A stretch of DNA of 55,952 nucleotides from Methanobacteriota archaeon. GTDB lineage: Archaea; Thermoplasmatota; Thermoplasmata; SG8-5; DAIRED01. Where the stretch lies: contig JAZDNO010000025.1 of NCBI GenBank assembly GCA_043799545.1, positions 1 to 55,952 on the forward strand, given 5' to 3'. Shown one piece after another: positions 26,754 to 35,881 of this stretch. The notes beneath the pieces are model-generated. The model saw only the letters and a list, made by a program, of their open reading frames with translations, was not told where the DNA came from and ran no database searches. The stretch's first letter is position 1, and each line of letters starts with the position of its first letter. A program made the position numbers and the translations under genes.

Positions 26754-29609
26754 TTATAGTTTCCTGCGCTTCCTGAAGGCTCCGAAGAGTATGGCCGCAG
26801 TCCCGATGGCTGCCAGGCTCGCAAACGCTCCGATTCCAGGGAGACCGAGGAAACCGTTGTCGGGCTTCACCCCTCCGTATCGGGTCACCGCAACGTTGGC
26901 TGTCCCCGAGTCCGGCTGGTAGGAAATTTTGGTAACTGATGCCACGATTCTGAACGTCGTGTCCACAGTCACATTCGCTGTCCGCAGCGTGACCTCGAAA
27001 GCCCCGCTGGTATCCGTCGTGCCTATGCCGTCCACTATCCATCCGCCAGCACCAGCTGGCTCCACGGTTACGACGACGTCGGCTCCAGAAACCGCCAGCC
27101 CAGTCGCTTCATCAGTCACGAGAACGGACACAATGGTCTCGTTGCCGGACTTCATGCTGCTAACTGCAGGAGTTACTTCTATGGTAAACAGATTGGACAC
27201 CGTGTGGACAGTGATTGTTGTATTGGTGTATCCCGCGACGTAACCGCTTATCGCCGCCATCGTGGATATTGAGGCTGAGATTGTGCTGGTTATCGTTGGT
27301 GCCGTGTATGTTGCAGAGTACGTCCCATCGCCGTTGTCCGTCATTGTGCTTAATGTGCCAGAATCCACCGAGATGATTATGGTTGCACCGGGTATCGGAT
27401 TGGATTCCGAATCCGTGACAGTTATATCGATGGGGAGCGTGCCAGCGGACTCAACGTATCCTGGATAGGCAGATGCAGATACTACAAGCGATTTCAGAGT
27501 TCCACCATCGTAAAGATTGTTCTTCAAACTGGTCATGGACCAGTAGTTATACAGCCCACCGAGCATTGAAACCCAGCCGACGTAGCGCTCCTTGCTGTAG
27601 GCGTTGAGTACCATGTAACTCAGGATTGGGGCGTACGGAACCTGTTCGGAGAGGAAACCCTGCGCCTCCTTGGAATGGTTTGCCAGCATTCCCTGGTCGA
27701 GTGTCAGCGACATCTTGTCCATCGCATCGTCGACCCCTCTGTAATCGAAAGTCATCGTCAATTTGTCCGTCGTCGAGTTGAAGTTCGCCACGACAGACAA
27801 TTTTCCAGTTTTATAGTTTAGATTTTCATAAGTCTTGTAAGTGTATGTCGCGTTGATGACGTCGCCCACGACCATGGCGGCTGCGGTTAGTATCGTGACG
27901 TTGCCGGTGGTGGGGTTGAGCGTGTAATGGGTGCCATCTGTCATCTCGGCGTCATTTTTATATATTTTATATGTTAGGATGGACGTGTTTCCCAGGCTCG
28001 CAATGCTCTGCGTACCGTTGTAGACCATAATTGTCTGGTTTACAGCCTTGCCCCAGACGACTCCGTTTTTGTAGACGGAAACCGCCACGTTCGGGTCCAG
28101 ATTTGTTCGCGATATCGTTCCGATGTTCGTCTCGGAATCCACCTCGATCGTCCCGTTGATTTGGGTTGTGGTCCCATTGAAGTTCATGTAATTCGTGCCC
28201 GTGGCGATGTTTGTGGAGTAGAACATGGTCTTCAAAAACATCGGGGAAATCTCTCCTCGCTTCTCGACGCCCAGATAGATATCGAAATCATCCGACGCGA
28301 TGATTGCGTCCATTCCCGCCATGGGTTTGTTGTCGAGTGTCAGGTTGAGGCCTATCGCTTCGATGGAGGTCTCCAAAATCTGGTCGCCGATGGTTCCCAG
28401 CGTCAAACTCTCATCTATCGTTGGCAACAGAAGCCTCAGGGAGAACGAACCGCCTTTGGTGAACGTTTTGGTGGTTTTGTTCCATACGCTTCCGGCTTTA
28501 TCCCTCCACCCATCGCCGTTCAGGTCGAAATAGCCCGCCAGGTCCAGGATGGCATTTGCCTCGGTCAGGTCGAAATCAAGCTTCGATATGGATGCGTTAT
28601 ACCACGGCGTGTTCCTCGAGCTCATTATGGAGTTAGTCGATTTGGCACTGCCAGACACATCCAGATTTGAGATGGAAGCCTTGTCTATGCAATAGGCTAT
28701 TGCCTTCCTAAGCGGCAACTCGTGAAGGAGGCTCGTGTCCTTGCAGTTGAATCCAAGATATAGGAACTCTGTTCCGAACGAGCGAGCAACGGTCGTGTTG
28801 TTGTATGTCAGGAGGTTCGTGTTCTGCCCGCTGAAGTTGATATTCTGGCTCGCCTGGGTGACGTCGAGGTTCCAGCCAAGGAAGTTAACAGTGTTGTTCA
28901 AAAGAGCCTTAGCCGCAGTCTCGAAATCCGTGTAATACGTGTATGTGATGCTGTCGAGGTACGGGCGGCCAACGAAGTGGTCGTCGAAGGCATTTATCGT
29001 GAGCGAAACGTTGCCAACACTCGAACCGTACATATAAGGCCCGCATCCCATAGGCGCGCTCGTGTTGGTGAATCCGTCAGGGACGAGCTTTAGGAGCAGC
29101 CCGTCGACGAGGAACGTGCCGTTTGGCTGGTCCAGTGTGAATGTAACGGTCTTCGCGCTGGCGTCCTTTGTCACGTTGACGATGCAATCAGGGGCGTAGC
29201 CCGCGATATTGTACGTGTACACAACGTCATCCAATGTGACTTCTTCTCCGTCGTGCCACAGGACGTTTTCCTTCAGGGCGACCGTGACGTTGACTCCGTC
29301 CACGGTCCAAGAGCTGGCCACCCAAGGCTCCAGAGCCAGAGTTGCGGGGTCGCGCCTTGCCAGCGAATCGTATACGAGGTCGATTATCTTCAAGGTCTCG
29401 CTGTCGGTGCTCGCCAATGGGTTCAGTGCTCCGGGCTCAGATTGCAGGGCAATCTTGAAACCGCCGCCGTACATGCCGCCTATCGGTGCCGCCTTCGCCT
29501 CGGGCACGACGGCCATGAACGGGGCCAGCATGCCCAAGAATAGGGCTGCCACGATTGTCACCACAAAGACGGTCTTTCTCAAACGGACGTCTATCATCTT
29601 GGTCGCCAT
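26754..29609 (-). CDS. Family-5 (peptide/nickel) ABC solute-binding protein with inserted nested module, Ig-like domains and a PGF-CTERM-like anchor
   Basis: EPGALNPL, VYDSLA, PWVASSW, LKENVLWHDGEEVTLDDVVYT, LRKAIAYCIDK; DNGDGTYSATYTAP Ig-like domain; C-terminal LPGIG + TM + RKRRKL. Likely start ATG 29609 (ORF track: 29651). Confidence 0.88.
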   Translation of the reverse strand: MATKMIDVRLRKTVFVVTIVAALFLGMLAPFMAVVPEAKAAPIGGMYGGGFKIALQSEPGALNPLASTDSETLKIIDLVYDSLARRDPATLALEPWVASSWTVDGVNVTVALKENVLWHDGEEVTLDDVVYTYNIAGYAPDCIVNVTKDASAKTVTFTLDQPNGTFLVDGLLLKLVPDGFTNTSAPMGCGPYMYGSSVGNVSLTINAFDDHFVGRPYLDSITYTYYTDFETAAKALLNNTVNFLGWNLDVTQASQNINFSGQNTNLLTYNNTTVARSFGTEFLYLGFNCKDTSLLHELPLRKAIAYCIDKASISNLDVSGSAKSTNSIMSSRNTPWYNASISKLDFDLTEANAILDLAGYFDLNGDGWRDKAGSVWNKTTKTFTKGGSFSLRLLLPTIDESLTLGTIGDQILETSIEAIGLNLTLDNKPMAGMDAIIASDDFDIYLGVEKRGEISPMFLKTMFYSTNIATGTNYMNFNGTTTQINGTIEVDSETNIGTISRTNLDPNVAVSVYKNGVVWGKAVNQTIMVYNGTQSIASLGNTSILTYKIYKNDAEMTDGTHYTLNPTTGNVTILTAAAMVVGDVINATYTYKTYENLNYKTGKLSVVANFNSTTDKLTMTFDYRGVDDAMDKMSLTLDQGMLANHSKEAQGFLSEQVPYAPILSYMVLNAYSKERYVGWVSMLGGLYNYWSMTSLKNNLYDGGTLKSLVVSASAYPGYVESAGTLPIDITVTDSESNPIPGATIIISVDSGTLSTMTDNGDGTYSATYTAPTITSTISASISTMAAISGYVAGYTNTTITVHTVSNLFTIEVTPAVSSMKSGNETIVSVLVTDEATGLAVSGADVVVTVEPAGAGGWIVDGIGTTDTSGAFEVTLRTANVTVDTTFRIVASVTKISYQPDSGTANVAVTRYGGVKPDNGFLGLPGIGAFASLAAIGTAAILFGAFRKRRKL

Positions 29610-29776
29610 CCTATATACCCCCCGAAGCGCCATGAGCATCACGACCCACATCGCTAGCGAACGTGCGCTAAGGTAGATGGGCTCAGGAAATGCCCCCTCT
29701 ATATATATACGTTTCGCACCCTACTATGAAAGACCAGCCGAGACCGCGCGTTGATAGCAAATGCTTTTAAGCGAAA

Positions 29777-30754
29777 TTGGGATGTGCCATTGATAAAATG
29801 GTCACCCTGAGAGGGATTGTGGACAGCATCCTGAGCAAATATGGATACGAGCCGCTCGTGCGCGATGGAATTATGGAAGCTGAGCTGAACGGAAAGAGAA
29901 TCAACGTGGCATTCCTAGAATCGAATTCATCGTATGACGAAATCATAAATAAGCTTTCAACGCGCGAGGGAGCGCTGATATTGGCTTCGCTCGTTGATAT
30001 GGACGAGAAGCAGAGGGCGGAGGCGGAAGGTCGAGGCATCGCTGTTTGGGACAGGCGTTCCATCGAGGACGAAATCGGCGCGGCCGTCGTCACTCACTTG
30101 GAGGCTGAGAAAGGCGGACTGTTCGAGATGCTGGCAGTCCGTGATGGGAAGGTCGTCCACGGCGGAGGCTCGCTGCCTCTCATGGTCGAGGACGATGACG
30201 CAACGGAGAAGATACTCAAACCCAGCATAACGATTGAGCACGTCAAGGAGATATCCGAGAAGACGACAGGCGGGTACAAGTTCGAGCTCGAGCTGGTGCC
30301 TTACTATTTCTACGAATACTTCTGCATAATGAAGATATCCGGGATAGAAAGTCCGGACAAGAGGACTGGAAATATCGGTGTCAACGCGCTGACGGGCCTA
30401 GCGCAGCCTTGGGAGCCTCTCCCAGAGGTCGTTTCGGACATCGACGAGCCCCACGTCCGGCTCGAACCGAAGGTCCCGCAGGCGGATGCGGACGGGTCCG
30501 CGATGAAGAAGGTCGTTGAGATGCACACGGAGGAGGTCGAGCGCGTTGTCGAGAAGGGCCATGCCAGGATATACGACAAGATTGTCGTTAAACCCGAGTC
30601 GGGCGACGTGACACTGACTCCGAAGGGGTTGCTGTACGTGCCGATGTGGTGCGTCGAGGGCCTGCACGGCGTGATGGTCCTCAATGCGGTCACGGCAAAG
30701 GTGGTCAGCGAGGAATACTACAGCAAGCAGGACGAGCCCCCGAGGAGCCCTTGA
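29777..30754 (+). CDS. Conserved hypothetical protein with a degenerate Mrr/restriction-endonuclease-like N-terminal domain
   Basis: Mrr-like tail (ILAS...AEAEGRGIAVWDRRSIEDEI) but no clear (D/E)xK motif; C-terminal domain ends LYVPMWCVEG. Confidence 0.55.
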   Translation: MGCAIDKMVTLRGIVDSILSKYGYEPLVRDGIMEAELNGKRINVAFLESNSSYDEIINKLSTREGALILASLVDMDEKQRAEAEGRGIAVWDRRSIEDEIGAAVVTHLEAEKGGLFEMLAVRDGKVVHGGGSLPLMVEDDDATEKILKPSITIEHVKEISEKTTGGYKFELELVPYYFYEYFCIMKISGIESPDKRTGNIGVNALTGLAQPWEPLPEVVSDIDEPHVRLEPKVPQADADGSAMKKVVEMHTEEVERVVEKGHARIYDKIVVKPESGDVTLTPKGLLYVPMWCVEGLHGVMVLNAVTAKVVSEEYYSKQDEPPRSP

Positions 30755-30758
30755 GTCA

Positions 30759-31232
30759 TTAGGGGTTCAACGGAAGGTCGGGGAACAGCATGTGGATTTT
30801 CCTGCGCATCGCCTTGTAATGGGTTCCATCCCAGAAAATTTTCCGGCAATCCGGGCACATCCAGAATTCGGAAGCCCTGGCCGCCGCGCCAGGAGGGACC
30901 GACCCTATGGCCACGGCCTCGTCTCTGGCGATTCCATCCAGCAAAGCGTTGCACACCAGGCACCTGGACAGGGGGCTCGAATCCCGGCCCGGGTACGTGC
31001 CTACGACGAGCAGGAGCTGGTCATCGAGGTCCTTGGGCGCAACAAGCAATCCAAATTTTCCCGCCCGCCGCGCGAGCTCAGCGTCGCGGGTCAGGACTAC
31101 GCGCGACTCTCTAGCGGATAATGACAGAAGCTCGTCGTCGGGCGCATGAGCAAGGAATGCCGCGTCGTAGCCCAGCGCCCTCAGCCACTTCGCCAGGGTG
31201 CCGAGCATCGTGTCGACGGCGAACCGCGTCAT
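30759..31232 (-). CDS. Mut7-C RNase domain protein (PIN-like plus Zn ribbon)
   Basis: FAVDTMLGTLAKWLRALGYD, VLTRD, RCLVCN, CPDCRKIFWDGTH. Confidence 0.9.
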   Translation of the reverse strand: MTRFAVDTMLGTLAKWLRALGYDAAFLAHAPDDELLSLSARESRVVLTRDAELARRAGKFGLLVAPKDLDDQLLLVVGTYPGRDSSPLSRCLVCNALLDGIARDEAVAIGSVPPGAAARASEFWMCPDCRKIFWDGTHYKAMRRKIHMLFPDLPLNP

Positions 31233-31861
31233 CCGCGCTCGTACTCCAGCAAAGCCCCGCCGGCCATCGGCGTCGCTTTCATCAGCCTTAGTTTAATGAC
31301 GCCGGAGATGTCGCGCACACCATCGCCGTTTGCCAGCGATGGGCCATGGCCCCCTATGACGATGTTGCCCACGAAGACCTTCACCTCGTCGGCGAGCTCC
31401 GTTCGGAGGAATTCCCAGATGACAGTGCCGCCGCCCTCGACCATCAGCCTTTTGACCTTCATGTTCGCGAGGGCGTGTAGCGCGCCGTCCAAGTCAACGA
31501 GGTCCTTCCCCATCCTCAGGACGTCCGCGCCTTTCCAGGTTTTCGTGCAATGCTCGTTTGTGAAGATAATCGTCTTCGCCCTGCCGTCCAGAACCTGCGC
31601 GCCGTCAGGCGTCCTGCCGTTGGAGTCCAGGACCACGCGCATCGGATTCTTCGCCCCCGCGGCGTACTCGCTCTTCACAACGAGCGACGGGTCGTCCGAG
31701 ATGATCGTCCCGATGCCCACGAGTATCGCGTCCGAGGATGCCCTCAAGCGGTGGACCCTGGCGAGGTCCTCCTTGCTGGATATCGCGGTCTGCCTCCCGT
31801 CGGGGAGTGCAATTTTGCCATCGATTGAGGTGGCGCAGTTGATGATGACGTGCGGTCGCAT
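31229..31861 (-). CDS. ribD: 2,5-diamino-6-ribosylamino-4(3H)-pyrimidinone 5'-phosphate reductase (RibD C-terminal, archaeal)
   Basis: ATSIDGKIA, VHRLRASSDAILVGIGTIISDDPSL, RVVLDS, LMVEGGG. Confidence 0.9.
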   Translation of the reverse strand: MRPHVIINCATSIDGKIALPDGRQTAISSKEDLARVHRLRASSDAILVGIGTIISDDPSLVVKSEYAAGAKNPMRVVLDSNGRTPDGAQVLDGRAKTIIFTNEHCTKTWKGADVLRMGKDLVDLDGALHALANMKVKRLMVEGGGTVIWEFLRTELADEVKVFVGNIVIGGHGPSLANGDGVRDISGVIKLRLMKATPMAGGALLEYERG

Positions 31862-32039
31862 GAAGCCGGAGATGCTCTTACTTCGTGAAATCCTTTTGCA
31901 TCAAGCGACAAAATCGGCCGAGCGAGCAGGATGAACCCGAGTTTCTTTGCTCCAAATGCTTTCTTTGTGAGGGTTCACCCAGCGCAGCGAGGCTCAAAGA
32001 AAGCGTTTAGGCGCAGTTGATGATAACGTGCGGTCGCAT
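31832..32039. repeat. 30-nt direct repeat of the ribD 5' end flanking a hairpin element
   Basis: 31832-31861 vs 32010-32039 match at 29/30 nt; internal stem gctttctttg (31958-67)/caaagaaagc (31995-32004). Confidence 0.85.
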
Positions 32040-32140
32040 CGAAATCACCATAACTTACTCGGAGAAATAGATTTGGTGTTCCCTGTTTTGATAATAGATG
32101 GAGATTATTTTATGTACGTGTACGTCGATGGGGTGGTACA

Positions 32141-32929
32141 ATGACAGAGGACATCACGATTTACGAACTGAAGAAGGTCGACTTGAAGGGCGCGACCGTC
32201 ATCGACGGTTTTCCCAGCGTCGGCCTGGTCAGTTCAATTGCCGCGAACTACCTGATAAACGTCCTTGGTATGGAGCTGATAGGGATAATGGACTCAATGT
32301 ACTTCCCGACGGTGTCGCTCGTGCGCGAGGGGATACCGCAGAACCCCGTGCGGATTTACGCAAGCGGCCGGAACGGAGACGAGAAGAGTTCGGAAATGGT
32401 CGTTGTTTTCATTTCGGAATTCCAGCCTCCGCCGAACCTCGTCAAGCCCATCGCGCACGCCATGCTCGATTGGGCCGAGGACCAGCGCTGCAAGATGCTC
32501 ATTTCCCCCGAGGGTGTGGTAATAGACCGAGATGACGTGCCCGCGGAGGAAGACCCGGCAAAAGGCGTCGAGGTCTACGGGGTCGCGAGCACGGTCTGGA
32601 TGCGCGAGCTCCTGGCGAGCAACAAGGTGGAGGAGTTCAGGGAGGGCGTCATCACGGGGGTGGCGGGAGTTCTCCTGAACGAGGGCCACAGGAGGGACTT
32701 CAACGTCTCGACGCTGCTGGCGGAAGCTCATCCCGACTACCCGGACGCGAGGGCCGCTGCCAAGATCGTGGAGGTCATAGACAGGATACTCCAGCACACG
32801 CCGCTCGACGCAAAGCCGCTGTACGAAGAAGCCGAGAGGATAGAATCCCAGTTGAAGCTCATTCACAAGCAGACGGAAATCACGAAGGTCAAGGGCGCGC
32901 CACAGACAGTGCCCAACATGTACGGTTAA
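32141..32929 (+). CDS. PAC2-family proteasome assembly chaperone
   Basis: IDGFPSVGLVSSIAANYL, ISEFQPP, ITGVAGVLL, PDARAAAKIVE. Confidence 0.9.
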   Translation: MTEDITIYELKKVDLKGATVIDGFPSVGLVSSIAANYLINVLGMELIGIMDSMYFPTVSLVREGIPQNPVRIYASGRNGDEKSSEMVVVFISEFQPPPNLVKPIAHAMLDWAEDQRCKMLISPEGVVIDRDDVPAEEDPAKGVEVYGVASTVWMRELLASNKVEEFREGVITGVAGVLLNEGHRRDFNVSTLLAEAHPDYPDARAAAKIVEVIDRILQHTPLDAKPLYEEAERIESQLKLIHKQTEITKVKGAPQTVPNMYG

Positions 32930-32963
32930 AATTTATTTCTGGACCGTTGTTGGTTCGTTGTTC

Positions 32964-34655
32964 TCAACCGCCCGATGGTATCACGATGAGGACGCGCTGC
33001 CCCTCCAGGCCTGCGGAGTAGACGAGGTTCCTATCTTCCACAATGCGATCGAAATTCGTTCCCAGTATGGATACCCTTCCGGACAGGTAGGTCTGAGCGC
33101 CCCTGGCTTTCCATTCGTCCTCCAGCAGCAGCGGCGCATCGCCGTATCCCTTGCCGTCGCGCAGATGGTACGGAAGCAGCTGGTCAGAACGTATCTCGAA
33201 ATACGGGTCCGCGATGTCGGCGTTCCACTGGTCCGTTGAAATGCGTGCGACTCCGGCCTCCTGCGCCCATTCGATTGCGCCGTACTGTTGCGGCTTGGTC
33301 TCGCTTGAAATATCAAAGACGCGCTCCCAGTCGTAGGCGAGGGGAGTTGTCGAAGCCACGAGGATGACGAATACCGACCCGAAGGCGATGGCAGCGCCCC
33401 ATCCCCGCCTCGAGACTTTGCCGAACCGCTTCAGCGACTTCGCCACCAGGAACGCCAGACCGATTCCGGCGCACACGGCGACGAACGGGTCTATGTAATC
33501 CAGCAGCCTGTAGGCGATGAAGAATGAGGCCGGGTCGTAGGACTTCGACAATGCGAAGACCATGAGGAAAAGCGGTGTGATGGCCATGGCCGAGAGGGTG
33601 ATTTTCGAATTGTTCCTGGAGTAGCGGATCAGGTTGAAGCCAGCGATGGCGAGCAAATACACGGGAATCAGCGGGGCTATGCCTATCAAGAGCTCCCTGC
33701 TCGTGAAATGGGTTCCTGGGAAAAGCTGCATCCTCGAGTTCGCCCAGAGCGCACCGTAGCCTATCAGCAGCGCCAGGGATTTCTCGTCGAAAAGCAGGGC
33801 GACCGAAGGCTTGCCTGGCTTGGAATCGAAGAAGAACCAGGGCTTGGACATGGCGGGCAGCGCGAGGACGATGGCCACCACGACACCGAGCGAAACCGCG
33901 GAAGCGAGGAGCGCGACGTCGTTGAGGTTGTTCGCCTCCGAGAAGAACTCCATGTCCACGCTGATATAATAAAGATAGGCGAATGCCGCCGGGGCCGCGA
34001 CCGTTGTGGCTTCCCTGCCCGTCCATTCCCAGCCGAGCCTGTCCTCACGCCACCTCGATACAGCTTCCGCGCAGGCCGCCGTGAAAACGAACGTGTAAAC
34101 GACGAGCGTGGTCAAGTGATGCGTCATCGGCAGGAGCAACATGACCAGGACTAGCATGAGGCGCTTCCGCGGGTCCGCCCTCCCCTCGAACAGCAGGAAC
34201 GCCAGGAGCATCAGGACGATTCCGAGCCCCTCCTTCCACGCGGCGACCGTGGCATACACGAAAAACCCCTGCAGCGACAGGAAGGCCGCGCAGCCCAAAC
34301 CAGCCAGGTCGCTCCCCGTGAGCCGCTTCGCAAGCGCGTAGCCGAGCAGGATGCAGACGCTGCCCAGAAGCGCTGTCACGAGCTGGATGGATTCCATCGG
34401 CGGAATCCCGGAAACCAGGGAGAACTCGGCCAGCACATATGAAAACACAGGCATTTTCGAATTGTACCCCTCAAGGAAGCTTGCGTTTTCGCCGGGTTCC
34501 CAATATCCGAATTCCGCGACCCTCTCAGCGCCCTTCACCAACGGATACCCGTCCACGTTGTAGGGATATGGGGATGACGCAAATGGGACGAGCCTCGCGG
34601 CCAGCCCGGCGGCGACGATTGCGACAAGCAGCAGGGCGACCCAGCGCTTGTTCAT
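32964..34655 (-). CDS. Multi-pass membrane protein, GT-C-fold (PMT/STT3-like) glycosyltransferase candidate, 563 aa
   Basis: True start is ATG 34655, overlapping the upstream TGA; the track ORF to 35549 adds a shadow extension. First loop YNVDGY, many TM helices, small C-terminal soluble domain. Confidence 0.65.
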   Translation of the reverse strand: MNKRWVALLLVAIVAAGLAARLVPFASSPYPYNVDGYPLVKGAERVAEFGYWEPGENASFLEGYNSKMPVFSYVLAEFSLVSGIPPMESIQLVTALLGSVCILLGYALAKRLTGSDLAGLGCAAFLSLQGFFVYATVAAWKEGLGIVLMLLAFLLFEGRADPRKRLMLVLVMLLLPMTHHLTTLVVYTFVFTAACAEAVSRWREDRLGWEWTGREATTVAAPAAFAYLYYISVDMEFFSEANNLNDVALLASAVSLGVVVAIVLALPAMSKPWFFFDSKPGKPSVALLFDEKSLALLIGYGALWANSRMQLFPGTHFTSRELLIGIAPLIPVYLLAIAGFNLIRYSRNNSKITLSAMAITPLFLMVFALSKSYDPASFFIAYRLLDYIDPFVAVCAGIGLAFLVAKSLKRFGKVSRRGWGAAIAFGSVFVILVASTTPLAYDWERVFDISSETKPQQYGAIEWAQEAGVARISTDQWNADIADPYFEIRSDQLLPYHLRDGKGYGDAPLLLEDEWKARGAQTYLSGRVSILGTNFDRIVEDRNLVYSAGLEGQRVLIVIPSGG

Positions 34656-35881
34656 GCCCCCTCCAGCACCCCTTCGAGGGAAATCCCCTCTCCGCCCATC
34701 TTTTCCTCGCCGGATTCCCTCATGGAGATGTCTGGCTTTGCCGAGGCGTGGGTGTAGGCCGACACCGCCCCGGCCGCGAGCGCTATCGCCAGCGTTGAGG
34801 CGAACATGGCCAGCGCCAAGCCAGTCGTCAGTATGGGCTCTACTGCGCGCCCGAACATCACCACCGCCCCGGCGTCCTGAGCCAGCATGGCCGCGCCCAT
34901 GCCGCCCGCGACGCCCAGCGCGCAAGCCGCCACGGCCACTGGCGCCACCTCCCCGAGCGCCATCAGCATGATGCGCAACCTGGAGGCGCCGATTGCTCCG
35001 AGAACTCCGATGTCCCTCCTCCTGTTGGAGAAACCCCTGGCCATGACCGCCGTCGTACCGATGAACGTCAAGGCGCATTCGAGAATTATGAATCCGACTA
35101 TGACGACCTGAACGTTTTCCGTTCCTTCCTGAACGAACATGGAGACATAGCTTCCATTCGAGGCTTTGAACGATGGGCTGTCGAGGTAGCGCAGGGCCAG
35201 CTGCTGCTCGGGGGTTATGGTGACGTTGGTGTTGATGGGTGTGGATACCGAGCCTCCGCCTTCGGTGACTATTATCGGGTTGCCCGTCTCCTCTAGATGC
35301 TCCGTGACTGCGGTGATGTTGCTCACCCTCAGGCGCATCGCGTGCACGTCGCCGTCCGCGAGGCCGCACAATGAGCGCGCTACCCACAACGGAACAAGCA
35401 TATCGTTCGTGCCGTTCGCGGAAGAGTAAATCCCCGTCACGTTCAGCTCCGTGACGCTGGGCCATATTGAGCCCGTGAGCACCAGCCTGTCGCCCACCCT
35501 CGCATCGAGCCTTCCAGCGAGCCCCTCGCCCAGGACGGCGAACCGCCAAGTGTCGTTGACCGCTCCTAGATTCAAACTCGCCCCTTCGAGCTTGAGGAAC
35601 TCCTCCAGAACCACGCCCCTGACGAAAACTGGCTCATTGCCAATCACGCAGAACGAATACACCTCGGGGCTGCACGCTGTGACTCCCGGGATGCCCCAAA
35701 GACCCGCCGCGACGTCCTCCTTTATCGGGTCCGCGGAGCTCGCCTGGGATAAGGTCATCACCTTCTGGCCGAACGCCTCCTCCGGCAAGTTCCCGATGCC
35801 CAGGAGCATCGGTATGGACAGAGAGAACAGGAGCGAGCAGATTGCTACCCCGGCAAAGCAAGCCTTCCGGTCGAGAATCAT
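34652..35881 (-). CDS. FtsX/MacB-type ABC transporter permease
   Basis: N-terminal TM, periplasmic-type domain (LGEGLAGRL...GDRL), RRRDIGVLGAIGAS; ATGA overlap with the upstream gene gives start 35881. Confidence 0.8.
   Translation of the reverse strand: MILDRKACFAGVAICSLLFSLSIPMLLGIGNLPEEAFGQKVMTLSQASSADPIKEDVAAGLWGIPGVTACSPEVYSFCVIGNEPVFVRGVVLEEFLKLEGASLNLGAVNDTWRFAVLGEGLAGRLDARVGDRLVLTGSIWPSVTELNVTGIYSSANGTNDMLVPLWVARSLCGLADGDVHAMRLRVSNITAVTEHLEETGNPIIVTEGGGSVSTPINTNVTITPEQQLALRYLDSPSFKASNGSYVSMFVQEGTENVQVVIVGFIILECALTFIGTTAVMARGFSNRRRDIGVLGAIGASRLRIMLMALGEVAPVAVAACALGVAGGMGAAMLAQDAGAVVMFGRAVEPILTTGLALAMFASTLAIALAAGAVSAYTHASAKPDISMRESGEEKMGGEGISLEGVLEGA

Noticed and set aside
32964-35549. 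861-aa fused ORF as a single protein
   Set aside because: The N-terminal ~300 aa is an off-frame shadow of the FtsX permease; the real gene starts at ATG 34655 with an ATGA overlap. The same applies to track ORFs 34652..36262, 37262..38695, 39673..40803, 40467..41348, 44563..45459, 45293..46171 and 46902..48053.
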